55,905 nt of DNA from Actinomycetota bacterium (GTDB lineage: Bacteria; Actinomycetota; Actinomycetes; S36-B12; UBA5976). Below are positions 8,986-20,300 of this stretch, one piece after another. Numbering within the stretch: the stretch's first letter is position 1; the number at the start of each line of letters is the position of its first letter. The translations under genes were made by a program, and so were the position numbers. The stretch is from the NCBI GenBank assembly GCA_009885745.1, contig VFKC01000017.1, positions 1 through 55,905 on the forward strand, read 5' to 3'. Under the pieces are notes generated by a model. It was given only the letters and a program-made list of their open reading frames with translations, made no database searches and was not told the DNA's origin.

Positions 8986-10305
8986 GTGGCCATACTTCCT
9001 CAAAGTTCTTTTACTCGCACTGCCAGAATTTTTTCACTACCCATTTCACATGCAGGTCGCAGAATTTTTGGAGCAGGACGCAGGCTTTCTGGCGTTACCT
9101 CTCAAGATGCATTGTTAGACGCCCAAACTCGGACCGCTGAACAGATTTTTGGCGTACTTGGCACACTCAAGGGTGGTGCGATGAAATTCGGTCAGGCATT
9201 GAGCGTTTTTGAATCGGTACTGCCTGAGGAAATTGCCGCCCCATATCGTGAGTCGTTAACTAAGCTGCAAGATTCTGCACCACCTATGCCATTGGAGTCA
9301 GTCCATGCCGTGCTGCGCGCAAACCTTGGTGATGATTGGCGAGATCGATTTGCCGAATTTGATGATGAACCAACTGCAGCAGCATCCATTGGACAGGTAC
9401 ATCGAGCCATCTGGCATGACGGCCGACAAGTTGCCGTAAAGGTCCAATACCCTGGTGCTGCCGGCGCATTGATGGCTGACCTAAACCAACTCGCACGATT
9501 CGGTCGGCTATTTGCTGGACTCTTGCCTGGGATAGATGTCAAAGCCTTATTGAATGAGCTTCGTCTTCGAATAAGTGAAGAACTGGACTACTTGCATGAG
9601 TCAAGAGTTCAACGACGCTTTGCCGCCGCTTTTGATGGCGATCCTGAATTTGTAGTTCCCCATGTGCTTGCTGCCTGCGAGCAAGTGATCGTAACCGAAT
9701 GGGTCGATGGTATTTCTCTCGCTCGAATTATTGAATCAGGAACTTCCGAGCAACGAGATCGTATCGGAGAGTTGTACCTAAGGTTTTTATTAAGCGGCCC
9801 AAGTCGTGCTGGATTACTCCATGCCGACCCGCACCCAGGCAATTTCAAAGTAACAACAGATGGACGCCTCGTTGCCCTGGACTTTGGTGCCAGCGCAGAC
9901 CTTCCTGACGGCTTGCCAAGCACAATGGGCACTTTGCTTACAATCGCGATGTCTGGGGACTCACAGACTGTTCTGGATGGCTTAAGAGATGCAGGTTTCA
10001 TCAGGCCAGGAATCGAAATAGATCCACAATCTCTTTTGGATTACTTGGCACCCTTTACCGAGCCAGCTCAAAATCAGAGCTTTAAGCACAGTCGCGATTG
10101 GATTCGTGAACAGTTCAGCAGAACCAGCGATCCGCGCAACCCAGACTGGGCGGTGGGCTTGAAGATTAATCTGCCGGCTGATTACTTGCTTATTCATCGG
10201 GTTTGGCTTGGCAGCATCGGTGTTCTCTGCCAATTAGAAGCAGAATTTTCAGTTCGTGATGAGTTTGAAAAGTGGATACCAGGGTTTCAGAAACTAAATA
10301 TCTAA
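8986..10305 (+). CDS. ABC1/AarF/UbiB family atypical kinase (Rv3197-like)
   Basis: KGGAMKFGQ, AAASIGQVH, VAVKVQYPG, HADPHPGN, LDFG; start GTG 8986. Confidence 0.92.
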   Translation: MAILPQSSFTRTARIFSLPISHAGRRIFGAGRRLSGVTSQDALLDAQTRTAEQIFGVLGTLKGGAMKFGQALSVFESVLPEEIAAPYRESLTKLQDSAPPMPLESVHAVLRANLGDDWRDRFAEFDDEPTAAASIGQVHRAIWHDGRQVAVKVQYPGAAGALMADLNQLARFGRLFAGLLPGIDVKALLNELRLRISEELDYLHESRVQRRFAAAFDGDPEFVVPHVLAACEQVIVTEWVDGISLARIIESGTSEQRDRIGELYLRFLLSGPSRAGLLHADPHPGNFKVTTDGRLVALDFGASADLPDGLPSTMGTLLTIAMSGDSQTVLDGLRDAGFIRPGIEIDPQSLLDYLAPFTEPAQNQSFKHSRDWIREQFSRTSDPRNPDWAVGLKINLPADYLLIHRVWLGSIGVLCQLEAEFSVRDEFEKWIPGFQKLNI

Positions 10306-11982
10306 ATCGCGCAAAAGTGTTGACTCTACCCGTGAGCCTTTAGTGCCTGCATGACGAGATTTTGCCCAAGACAGCCTCAAATAAGTTCGAGCGCGAGTCA
10401 CTGCGACGTAAAGAAGTCTGCGCTCTTCGGCGAAATCTGCTGGTGTTTGCGCGTGTGAAATTGGAAGTAAACCCTCACTTAATCCCACCACAAATACCGC
10501 ATCCCACTCAAGGCCTTTGGCTGCATGAATAGAAGCAAGCGTTACTGCATTGGCACTCGGGGCAAACTCTTGTTCATTGCGCTTGTCTAGAAGTAAAACA
10601 AAATCAGCCAATGTGGATTTAGCATCACGCGCCTGGGCATCTTGGGCGAGTTCAACAATGGTATTCAAAGATTCCCACTTTTCTTGCTCGGCGCGACCAG
10701 CACTTGGGGCCTTCGGTTTCCAGCCGATAACCGCCAATAGATCTTTAACTGTCTCAACCAATGTTGGTGTGGCTAGCCCCACCATGCCAGCGCGCAAATG
10801 TAAAAGCGCTAACTTAACTTCGGGCCTTTCGAAAAATCTTTCAGCGCCTCGCAGCGTGACTGGAATCCCGAGACCGCCTAGTTCTGCTTCCAAAATTTCA
10901 GACTGGCTATTTATCCGATAAAGCACAGCAATCTCTCGTGCTGACACGCCAGTGTTCATCAGCTCACGGACCTGTGCTGCCACACTTTGTGCCTCAGTTT
11001 CATCATCCGGATAAGCAGTTGAGGTGACTTTCGGACCTTTACCCTTGGTCGTCGCGAGTCGAACTGGATTTGAGGCATCTTTAGTAAGGATTTGATTAGC
11101 TAACGAGATTACTTCTTCGGTGCTTCGATAAGAATGCGTTAACTGAAATTCCAAAGTGCGCGGGAAATGATTCTTAAAATTAGTTAGATAAGTTGAAGTT
11201 GCACCCGAGAATGAATAAATAGTCTGCGCTGGATCGCCAACCACACAAACATCATCTCGTTGTCCAAGCCACTGACCCAAAAGTTCAAACTGAACTGGGC
11301 TAACATCCTGAAATTCGTCTACCGTGAAATGGCGATATTGTTTATGAACTGTAGCGGCCACCTCAGGGAAATTTTCCATCAGCGCGGTCATATTTAAAAG
11401 CACATCTTCGAAATCCATTACATTGGCTTCATCCATCAGAGTTAGATAAATTTCATAAACTTTTGCAATGTCTTCGATTGAAATTTCACTTGATACGAGC
11501 CTGCGCGCTGCAATTGCTTGGGTTCTGTAGGCATCTGGAGAAAGTATGTTTACTTTCGCCCATTCAATCTCTGCGGCGATGTCGCGAAAAGTTTCCTTAG
11601 AGCTCTTTACTCGGGCAACTCCAACTGCATCAGATACATAGCGAATTTTGCTCGGCACAAGTTGAGGCAAACCAGCATTGAAATATTTCGGGTAGAAAAA
11701 GCGCAACTGGCGCAATGCGGCGCTGTGAAAAGTTCTAACTTGCACGCCAGGTATGCCTAGCGACCCAAGGCGATTACGCAGCTCGCCTGCAGCTCTAGTT
11801 GTAAAAGTTACTGCCAAAGACTGGCTTGGATCATGTGCCCCACTTGCAACTGCGTTAGCAATGCGATGCGTGATGGTTCGAGTTTTTCCAGTTCCAGCAC
11901 CTGCATAGATCACCACGGGACCAGAAATGCACTCAGCAGCAGCGCGTTGCTGTTCGTCGAGTGAATCCAATATGTGTGACAT
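10294..11982 (-). CDS. uvrD2: ATP-dependent DNA helicase UvrD2, lacking the C-terminal Zn/HRDC tail
   Basis: AGAGTGKT, TFHS, DEFQD, GDPAQTIYSF, HAAKGLEW, EERRLLYVAVTRA; synteny with mrx1 and nudC; start ATG 11982. Confidence 0.88.
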   Translation of the reverse strand: MSHILDSLDEQQRAAAECISGPVVIYAGAGTGKTRTITHRIANAVASGAHDPSQSLAVTFTTRAAGELRNRLGSLGIPGVQVRTFHSAALRQLRFFYPKYFNAGLPQLVPSKIRYVSDAVGVARVKSSKETFRDIAAEIEWAKVNILSPDAYRTQAIAARRLVSSEISIEDIAKVYEIYLTLMDEANVMDFEDVLLNMTALMENFPEVAATVHKQYRHFTVDEFQDVSPVQFELLGQWLGQRDDVCVVGDPAQTIYSFSGATSTYLTNFKNHFPRTLEFQLTHSYRSTEEVISLANQILTKDASNPVRLATTKGKGPKVTSTAYPDDETEAQSVAAQVRELMNTGVSAREIAVLYRINSQSEILEAELGGLGIPVTLRGAERFFERPEVKLALLHLRAGMVGLATPTLVETVKDLLAVIGWKPKAPSAGRAEQEKWESLNTIVELAQDAQARDAKSTLADFVLLLDKRNEQEFAPSANAVTLASIHAAKGLEWDAVFVVGLSEGLLPISHAQTPADFAEERRLLYVAVTRARTYLRLSWAKSRHAGTKGSRVESTLLRDLDI

Positions 11983-12040
11983 TTGCCTATTCTCCCAAGC
12001 CTGCTCAAGTGTTTGCACCCGCAGTGCTTGGTTTGTGGAT

Positions 12041-12283
12041 TTAAAGGCCGAGTTGAGCTTTCACTTCAGCGATACTCGGGTTAGTTTTGGCTGTTCCATC
12101 AGCAAAAAGCAAGGTCGGAACCGTTTGGTTGCCACCATTGACACCCATCACAAAGATTGCGGCATCCGGGTCTTGTTCAATGTCTACCTCGTTGTAAGCA
12201 ATTCCCTCGCGCCCCATTTGGGCCTTCAAGCGCTGGCAGTAGCCACACCAAGGTGTGCTGTACATCGTGACTTGAGCATCCAT
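12041..12283 (-). CDS. mrx1: Mycoredoxin 1
   Basis: MYSTPWCGYC active site, NGGNQTVPT, TNPS; GGAGG SD before ATG 12283. Confidence 0.9.
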   Translation of the reverse strand: MDAQVTMYSTPWCGYCQRLKAQMGREGIAYNEVDIEQDPDAAIFVMGVNGGNQTVPTLLFADGTAKTNPSIAEVKAQLGL

Positions 12284-12344
12284 AACTTCCTCCACTTTAT
12301 AAAGAGTTCTAGTAGTAAATCTAAACCAAATTGTGTTCGGCGTT

Positions 12345-13265
12345 TTATACCCGACTCCAACTTCGAGGCAATGTTTCACCAAACCAATTTTCAATCAGAC
12401 GCCAAGCAATTGAGGTGGGATTAGGCAGTTGCAGAGTCTTATTAGCGCAACTAGCAACAAATTCTTCGCGAGTGAACCATCGCACATCAGACATCTCATT
12501 TTGATCGGCGGTGATCTCTTCTGTCAGTGCTAACCCTCGATAACCCATCATCAATGATGCGGGAAATGGCCAAGGCTGACTACCCAGATAGCGAAGCGAT
12601 TCTCGTTCGACAACTATGCCAGACTCTTCAAAAACTTCACGGACAACCGCTGCTTCACAAGATTCGCCCGCTTCAATAAATCCAGCCAAAGTTGAGTACC
12701 AAGATAGCTCCCACCCAACACGCCTGCCTAACAAGATCCGGCCCGATGTATCTTCAATTGCCACAATCATGGCCGGTTCAGTGCGTGGAAAATGCGTGGA
12801 ATTATCATTCGGACAATTTCTAGACCACCCGGCATTTTGAACCTGTGTTGTCGCCGCACACTTCTGACAATAGATATGACCCAGATGCCAAGCCTCTAAG
12901 GCTGTTGCAGTTACCGCCAGCCCAACATCGCGAGTTGTCATTTGCGATCCAGTGTCGCGAACACTAACCCAAGCCGTAGCCGATAAATCCTCATTCGAGC
13001 CAAGTAAAGCAACATATGTGTGGTCGTCATCAATTCCCAAAAGCATCACCGCTTCGGGGAAATCAACTACATTGAAACTCAAAGATTCTGGCTTAACCCA
13101 AATAATCGACAATTCATCGGTTACTGGTATTTTGCCTTCGCGCACAATTAAAACTCGTGTTCGCGATGACTGCCAAGCATCGGTCAGCCAATCTGGATTG
13201 CTCCGCACAGCCACCGCACGATCTACGGTGAATCTAGCCAGCGCCAAATCCTGCATCAAGTCCAC
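12345..13265 (-). CDS. nudC: NAD(H) diphosphatase NudC
   Basis: Nudix box GFIEAGESCEAAVVREVFEESG, SQPWPFPAS signature, zinc-ribbon remnant CQKC..C. Confidence 0.93.
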   Translation of the reverse strand: MDLMQDLALARFTVDRAVAVRSNPDWLTDAWQSSRTRVLIVREGKIPVTDELSIIWVKPESLSFNVVDFPEAVMLLGIDDDHTYVALLGSNEDLSATAWVSVRDTGSQMTTRDVGLAVTATALEAWHLGHIYCQKCAATTQVQNAGWSRNCPNDNSTHFPRTEPAMIVAIEDTSGRILLGRRVGWELSWYSTLAGFIEAGESCEAAVVREVFEESGIVVERESLRYLGSQPWPFPASLMMGYRGLALTEEITADQNEMSDVRWFTREEFVASCANKTLQLPNPTSIAWRLIENWFGETLPRSWSRV

Positions 13266-13350
13266 ACCAAAAGCCTACGTTTATTTGCACCTGTGCGCAT
13301 CGTCGTTAGTACAGGTGATGCGCTACCTGGCCCAACAGCAGTAACCTGCA

Positions 13351-14160
13351 ATGGTGAGAATAGCTACTTGGAATTTGTTACATGCAGTGTCCACTACCGG
13401 CGTGACTGCTCAGAACTATCTTGGGCATCAGGCTTTATTAACAGGCGCGGACATAATCGGATTGCAAGAAGTTGATCGGGACCAAATTCGCAGTGGAATG
13501 AGCCACCAAACACATGTTGTCGCACTGGCCCTGAATATGCCTTACTGGTTTTTTGCCCCAGCCATTGTTGGCACACCTGGACAAGAGTGGACAAAGGCAC
13601 ATGATGAATCGATCCATAGCCACACACACGGTGACGGATCTGGTGAGGCTCATTACGGAATCGGACTGGCTTCGCGTTATCCGCTAAGTCACATCGAAGT
13701 CATGCGCTTTGCCCCAGCACCTATTTCACTACCCCTTTTAGTTCCCGGACCAAAAGGCGCGCAGATCATGAAAGTTGCCGATGAACCGAGAATTGCATTG
13801 ATCGCTCAAGTAGATTGCCCAGGCGGACCAATAATGGTGGCTACAACCCATTTAAGTTTTGTCCCTGGATTTAATGTGAGACAACTGCGAGCAATCACGC
13901 GTAGGCTGGCGGAATTTGAAATGCCTACGTTGCTCTTTGGGGATTTCAATTTGCCTAGCGGGCTTCCTAAGTTCATTACAGGCTGGGATTCATTGGCGAA
14001 AATTGCCACCTACCCAGTGAACAAACCAAAGATCCAATTCGACCATGTGTTAAGTCGTGGCATTCGTAAAGGTGCTGTAATTAGAGCTCAAAAATCTGCA
14101 CGCGCTATTTCACTCGGCATCAGCGACCACTGTGCCTTGACTGTTGACTTAGAGCTCTAA
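13351..14160 (+). CDS. Endonuclease/exonuclease/phosphatase (EEP) family protein
   Basis: TWNL, LQEVD, TTHL, GDFN, DHVL, SDH motifs; start may be GTG 13354. Confidence 0.88.
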   Translation: MVRIATWNLLHAVSTTGVTAQNYLGHQALLTGADIIGLQEVDRDQIRSGMSHQTHVVALALNMPYWFFAPAIVGTPGQEWTKAHDESIHSHTHGDGSGEAHYGIGLASRYPLSHIEVMRFAPAPISLPLLVPGPKGAQIMKVADEPRIALIAQVDCPGGPIMVATTHLSFVPGFNVRQLRAITRRLAEFEMPTLLFGDFNLPSGLPKFITGWDSLAKIATYPVNKPKIQFDHVLSRGIRKGAVIRAQKSARAISLGISDHCALTVDLEL

Positions 14161-17100
14161 AGCAATTGCGAAAGTTCAGCCAAACTCAAGAATTGATTTG
14201 GCTGTTCGATTTTTTGGCTCGTAACGTAATAGAAGGCAGCATCCACTTGCTCTGGGGCAACTTGTAAAATTGCGGCGACCGCAAGTCGGTAAATACTCAG
14301 TTGCAATGGATCGGCTGAACCTGGTGAACCTGTTTTCCAATCCACAACACTCCAGTGATTTGGTTTATTAGGGTCCGTGAGGCTACCAAGAAATACCGCA
14401 TCAGCACGACCTAGCAAAGTATGAGAGCCAGCCAAAAGTGCAAATTGTTTTTCCATCGCGAATGGAACGCGGTCGGCAAATAACCCTTCTTGGAAGGATT
14501 TTTTTAATGCTTCAAGTTGCTCATCATCATAGATTTGTGAATCCATCGCACCAGGCAATTGATCATCATCAATTAATGGGCGTTGGCCAAAGAAATCCTC
14601 AACCCAGGCATGGAAAGTCGTCCCACGATCAGCAGCAGCAGATGGCTTACGTGGCATCGGGCGAACAAGTGATCTAAGGAACGAGTCCTGGTCTCGCACA
14701 AATGCCATAGCTTGACTGGCTGATAATGAACTAGGTAGTCGCACGAGTCTTTCATCCGCAATCGCGAGTTGAGACTGTGCCAGCAAAGCATCAACATCCG
14801 CTTGCCATTGCTTTGCCAAAAGTAATTCCTGCGCAGACAAGGATGATAATAGCGTGTCTTGTTCGAGGGTTTCACAATCTTTGACTAGCTTTGCTTGTTC
14901 TTGCAGAAGATCAAACCCAGCGCTTTCTACTGCAACTGGCCAGGGAACAAATTCCTCTGTGCCTAAAAGCGGATTCACCGCATTGTCTTCAGGTTGATCC
15001 TGCCAATGCGATAAGTGTGTTGCATGTTCGCGCAAGGCGAGTAAAAACTCGCTAGCACCACGCGGTTTGATTTGAGTCATGCCCCACCATGAAGAACTTG
15101 CAATTACCTGATGCTTGGCACGAGTGATAGCGACATAGGCCAGGCGTCGCTCATCAATTACGTGTAATTCTTTAACGACTGCGATGTACTTTTTCAAATC
15201 AGTCGCGGTCGGCCCGCTTGCTGCCGGAAATGCTTGTAAGCGTTCATCAAGAACCTTAGGCAAAATGTCTTGAGGTAAGAACTCGGGGCGCTTTGGCCAT
15301 TGTCCGCCCTTAGGGCTGCCTGGAAATACCCCTGAAGTCATTTCCGGAATCACAACATACGGAAATTCCAAACCCTTGGACTGATGAATAGTCATAATAA
15401 CAACGGCGTTTTGACTCAAGGTCGTTTCGGAATCAGGAATACGTTCAAATCGCTCGCTATCTCGAATGTAAGCCAAGAATGCCGGCAAACTTGCATCGCC
15501 ATCGAGACTACGGAACTCCCCGGCAAGGTCAATCAGAGATGCTAAACGATCAAAGTGTGTTCCGCCAGCACCATGTGCGCGCGACATAGATTCCACACCG
15601 ATACCAGTTACCTTTATAACCCGATTGATCACATCGATTGCTGATTCCCCTGCGAATCTGCGCAAGGTCCGCAACTCGTTTGCCAAAGCAGACATGCGGG
15701 CACGCGCTTCATCGGAGACATCAATAGCTCGCACTTCGCCAACAAGCTCTAAAGCATCAAGGAGGCTGACCCTTTCGCTTTTCTCGACATCAGCAACGAC
15801 ACGGTCCAAAATGACATCAATTCCTGCATCATCATCTTGTTTGTAAACCAAGCCACGGGCGTATTTACCTAAGGCGGCCATATCGCGCATTCCAATGCGA
15901 AGACGGGGACCCATCAGGATTCTTGCTAAAGCGCCATTTGCAGTAGGTTCAGCGATTGCTTGAAGGTAGGAAACAACCTCACGCACCTCTGGCAGATTAA
16001 TGAGAGCATCCGGGGAGACTACTTGAACTGGGACACCTCTACGCTCAAGCGCTTCTACGTAATAACCAGTATTTTTCTTCTCGCGCAGCAAGATTGCTAC
16101 TTCGTTCCATGATTTGTCAGGCTTTATTCGGGCAACCTGGTCAGCAATCCATTCGACCTCATCTTTAAAAGTAGAGAACTGCCCAACATGAACTTCACCA
16201 GGCACTTGGTCTTGATCCCCCACCACCAGTTCGATGATTGATTGATGGATGACTCTGAGAGAGTCACTCATATTATTTGCCGCGCTCAGAATATTCTTTC
16301 CGGATCTACGATTCACCGACAATTTATAGTCAGCTGATTTCGTAGCGACGCCATCAACCACTCGTGGAAAGTCTGATGCAAAATTCTCCATGTTACTGAT
16401 TTCTGCTCCACGCCAACCATAAATAGCCTGACAGGGATCTCCCACAGCCATAACTGTGTGACCATCTCCAAATAACTTTTGCAGGAGAACTTTTTGAGAT
16501 AAAGATGTGTCTTGATATTCATCGAGTAAGACAACTTGAAATTGTTCCTTGAGCAAATCGCACATTTGACTCGAGGAAGACGCTGCCAAAGCAGCTAACC
16601 TAATCTGATCCGAATAATCAATAATCGCATTCGCTTTTTTAGCGGCCCGAAATTCATCGACGAGAAGTGCTAGCGCGATGCGCTTTTTGCTTGCTTCAAT
16701 CATTTCAAAAGTTAGCGCTTGGGTTTTTTCTAAGCCAGATAAATGTGCGATTCGGGCTTGATCGCTGGAAATGACCTTGCTTGGCTCTACTAAATAATTT
16801 GAACATTGCTCATCTAGTTTCATCATCAAAGTAACGGCATCAACGGGATTAAATCCCAATCCGCCAAGGTCCACCGAGGTATTGCGCACTACTCTCATAG
16901 CAAGCTGATATCGCGTCGCATCAACCACAACGCGGGCATCCGGTTCATAGCCAAGCCGTAAACCATGTTCTTTTAGCAAGCGTGCACCGAAGGAGTTGTA
17001 TGTCGAGATGGTCGGCTCGCCTGCATCAATTCGCACCTGAGAATCGCCGACAAATGCCATAGCCTTCGGCAGGAGTTGGCGCACTCTAGTCAAGAGTTCG

Positions 17101-17327
17101 TGGGATGCTTTTTTTGTAAATGTGAGTCCCAGAATTTTCTCTGGGGCAACTTGTTCAGTCATGACCAACCAAGCAATGCGAGCACTCATCACCGTAGTTT
17201 TGCCCGTACCAGCACCAGCAATAATCATTCCAGGTTCGAGTGGGGCTGTGATGGCAGCTAACTGCTCAGCAGAGGGCGCAAAACCAATTATTTTTTTCAG
17301 GTCATCTATCGTTCGGGTGTTTGTCAC
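14157..17327 (-). CDS. adnB: AdnB helicase-nuclease subunit
   Basis: AGAGTGKT, DEYQD, GDPCQAIYGWRGA, KGLEF, C-terminal nuclease GRADAVF..VDWKTG..QLSIY; GTG start overlapping adnA stop (GTGA). Confidence 0.9.
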   Translation of the reverse strand: MTNTRTIDDLKKIIGFAPSAEQLAAITAPLEPGMIIAGAGTGKTTVMSARIAWLVMTEQVAPEKILGLTFTKKASHELLTRVRQLLPKAMAFVGDSQVRIDAGEPTISTYNSFGARLLKEHGLRLGYEPDARVVVDATRYQLAMRVVRNTSVDLGGLGFNPVDAVTLMMKLDEQCSNYLVEPSKVISSDQARIAHLSGLEKTQALTFEMIEASKKRIALALLVDEFRAAKKANAIIDYSDQIRLAALAASSSSQMCDLLKEQFQVVLLDEYQDTSLSQKVLLQKLFGDGHTVMAVGDPCQAIYGWRGAEISNMENFASDFPRVVDGVATKSADYKLSVNRRSGKNILSAANNMSDSLRVIHQSIIELVVGDQDQVPGEVHVGQFSTFKDEVEWIADQVARIKPDKSWNEVAILLREKKNTGYYVEALERRGVPVQVVSPDALINLPEVREVVSYLQAIAEPTANGALARILMGPRLRIGMRDMAALGKYARGLVYKQDDDAGIDVILDRVVADVEKSERVSLLDALELVGEVRAIDVSDEARARMSALANELRTLRRFAGESAIDVINRVIKVTGIGVESMSRAHGAGGTHFDRLASLIDLAGEFRSLDGDASLPAFLAYIRDSERFERIPDSETTLSQNAVVIMTIHQSKGLEFPYVVIPEMTSGVFPGSPKGGQWPKRPEFLPQDILPKVLDERLQAFPAASGPTATDLKKYIAVVKELHVIDERRLAYVAITRAKHQVIASSSWWGMTQIKPRGASEFLLALREHATHLSHWQDQPEDNAVNPLLGTEEFVPWPVAVESAGFDLLQEQAKLVKDCETLEQDTLLSSLSAQELLLAKQWQADVDALLAQSQLAIADERLVRLPSSLSASQAMAFVRDQDSFLRSLVRPMPRKPSAAADRGTTFHAWVEDFFGQRPLIDDDQLPGAMDSQIYDDEQLEALKKSFQEGLFADRVPFAMEKQFALLAGSHTLLGRADAVFLGSLTDPNKPNHWSVVDWKTGSPGSADPLQLSIYRLAVAAILQVAPEQVDAAFYYVTSQKIEQPNQFLSLAELSQLL

Positions 17328-20300
17328 AGTACTGGTCGCCCTTCTGGTACCGCAGGGCACATGATTCGAACAGGACATTTTCGGCATTTTTGTTCTTCAT
17401 AACGCGCTTCATAAGTTTCATCAAGAATTATTGAGGCAGCCGAGGCTAGTCTTTCTTCTAGCGAAACTTCTGAATCTTGATCGTGATCACCGGCATTTAC
17501 AAATTGAACGACCGGCAAATCCTTTTGGTCTTTTGGCGAGGATCTCAACTGCACTAATGCGGCACCCTTGACATGTGTCTCAGGTGCTAGCGACTTTTGA
17601 GATGCGCCATCTTCATAATTTCCTGACTTCACCAAATAGGAATAGAGAGCTAACTGGATATCAGTGGGTAGATCCTTCTTATCCATCGGGTTGCGCCCAG
17701 TCTTGAAGTCATAAACAACAACTCCATCTGCTTGGAATTCAATTCGATCTGCTCGCCCACTTACGCTCAATTGAATTACGCGAGGCGCACCATCTGGATT
17801 CGTTGTGTTCACCGAAGTCTTAATTGCCAAGCCTGCTTCGGCGACACTGTCGACTTCACCTTGCTGTACTAGCCAAGCAAATAGCCGGCCTGACACAACA
17901 TGTGCCTCTGTCCGCATCTGCTGAGATTCCCAAGGCGCTTCATAACCCATCCCAGGCCACAGGCGATCTAGCTTTTGATCAATCGCTGCCATGTCTAATG
18001 GGATTTCTTTAGTCTGCAAGCCTTGGGCAATCGCATGAATTGCATTGCCAAAGACCATCACAGTTTCTGCTTGGGAAGTTGCTTGCACTTGGCGCTCTAG
18101 GAACCAACGAGCGGGACATTTTTCAATCGCGCGCACTGTCGACGGAGACAACGAAATCGGCTCGCTTGGTGCCTTCGAATTCTCAGTGACTGTTTTGATT
18201 CCCCACCAATTCTGTGGATTCGCTGCCCTAAATGTGTCACTGCCTTGTTGCGCCAAAATTGCCAATTGATGTGCAGCTAATTTGCGCATTGCTAGTGAGT
18301 TCTCTGAGTTACTTAATTCATTTCTCAATCCCGCGATAACACCATCAACGCTCAGTGGTCGAGAAGGTCTGCCCGGTAAGTGCCGCACATTTTCAGTGGG
18401 CAACAAATCCTTGAAGTCCTGCACAAATCGAGATGGGACTGAACCATCTTCTTTAGCCGATGTATCAACGGCCGTTACTACCAAGTGGTTCATTGCTCGA
18501 GTGACAGCCACATAAAATAGGCGGCGTTCTTCATCCAAAAGTTCTCGTGCGGTTGTTGCCATCAACTCGCGACGGGGGCCAATACGATCAGCCTGTAAAA
18601 GTGTTTGACGTTGTCTTAAGTCTGGCCACAAATCTTCTTGAGCGCCTGCGATTACTACATACTTCCACTGCAAACCCTTGGATTTATGTGCCGTTAAAAG
18701 CCGCACAGAATCGCTACGGACATCATGTTCTGCCAAAGATCCCGCCGGTATTTCTTGAGCTTCAATTTCAGCCAAGAAGTTCGTTAAGTCTTTACCTCGA
18801 CCGCGCGATACAAATCGGTTGGCCAAATCGTTCAGAGCACAAATGGCATCTAGGTCACGATTAGCGCGCTGGCTTGCGGAACCAAAGGAAAATGCCTGAC
18901 GCTCAAGTTGTGTTGGCCAGTTTGTGCCTTGCCAAATCTCCCAAAGGACGACACCGGGTCCCATACCTTTGCGCATCTTGCTTCGAACATCATTGAGAAG
19001 ATTGCCCAATTTTGTGATTGTGGCGATTGTGCTGTCATGGCGACCTGGCTCGATGTCGATAAGTTTTCTTGGGTCGGCCAACGCCTCACAAATCAACTGT
19101 GCAGATGGTCGCGCTGCTTGTTCCCGCGTTCCATCTAATTTGCGCAGATATTGACCGAGTCTGCGAATATCGATTGGATCAATCTGGGCGAGTGGACCCT
19201 GTAGCAATAGCAAAGCAACATCAGGGGTGAGTGCCCGTTCGTTGTCAACAACTCTTAACGCTGTAACTAGAGGTGCCACTGCAGGGTCAAGGTGTAGCGG
19301 AATCTCGTCAGCCGCTATCTCCACTGGTACACCTGCGGCAACTAATGCTCGATAGATTGCCGGAAGAGTTGTGACCGCAGAGCGAACAATGATTGCCATC
19401 TGCGACCACTTATATTCATTTTGAACTTTTGCACGCGCAACTAAATCTGCAATGTGACTGGCTTGAGCACCATCGGAATCGAACGTTAATAGATCCACTA
19501 GACCTGGGGAAGTCGATGGACAACTTGGTTTACGGTGCCTTTCAATATCTGCTTTTTGAAATCCGGCCGGGACTCGATCGCCGATTACGGCACTGGCAAC
19601 TTCACGTATCTGCGATCCGAATCGACGACAGGTGCTGAGTACAACATCAGTTACTGGTGTACCAAAAATTGGCTGGAAAATATCCGGAAAATTACGAATA
19701 CCTGACTCGTCTGCACCACGGAAACCATAAATAGCCTGATCAACATCGCCAACCACTACAAGTGAAGTTTGTGAATTGACCATTGCTTTGAGCAGTGCAA
19801 CCTGACCTGGGTCAGTGTCTTGATATTCATCAACATAAATGGCTTTAAAAGTTGTCTGCAAATATTTTTGAACATCGGGGCGATGACTCAGAATTACTGC
19901 GCGATGAACTAACTCGCCGTAATCCAAAGTCCCTTCCATATCTAGGACATCTAAGTACTCGTTCATAAAACTGCCAATTGCTTCCCAAGTCGCGCGGCGA
20001 GATTCTTGGCCCAATTTTTCAAGATCAACTGGGTCAAGGAGGTACGAACGCGTTCGAGCCATGACAGCGCGGATTTCTTCGGTTAGCCCTTTGGTATTTA
20101 GCGCCGGCTCAAGTTCATCTGGCCACTCGATACGACGATCTACGACTGCATCATTAAAAAGTTGGCGAGCGCGTTGTTGTTGTTCGGGACCAGAAAGCAA
20201 GCGGGTCGCGTTCTGATAATTTTCTGAATCTTGAAATTTTCGAATTAATGCATAGCAAAACGAGTGGAAAGTGCTAACTAAGGGAACAGCTCCACCGCCA

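Noticed and set aside
12290-12355. SigR promoter for mrx1
   Set aside because: Best match is GGTAT-N20-GTT, with wrong -35 and spacing
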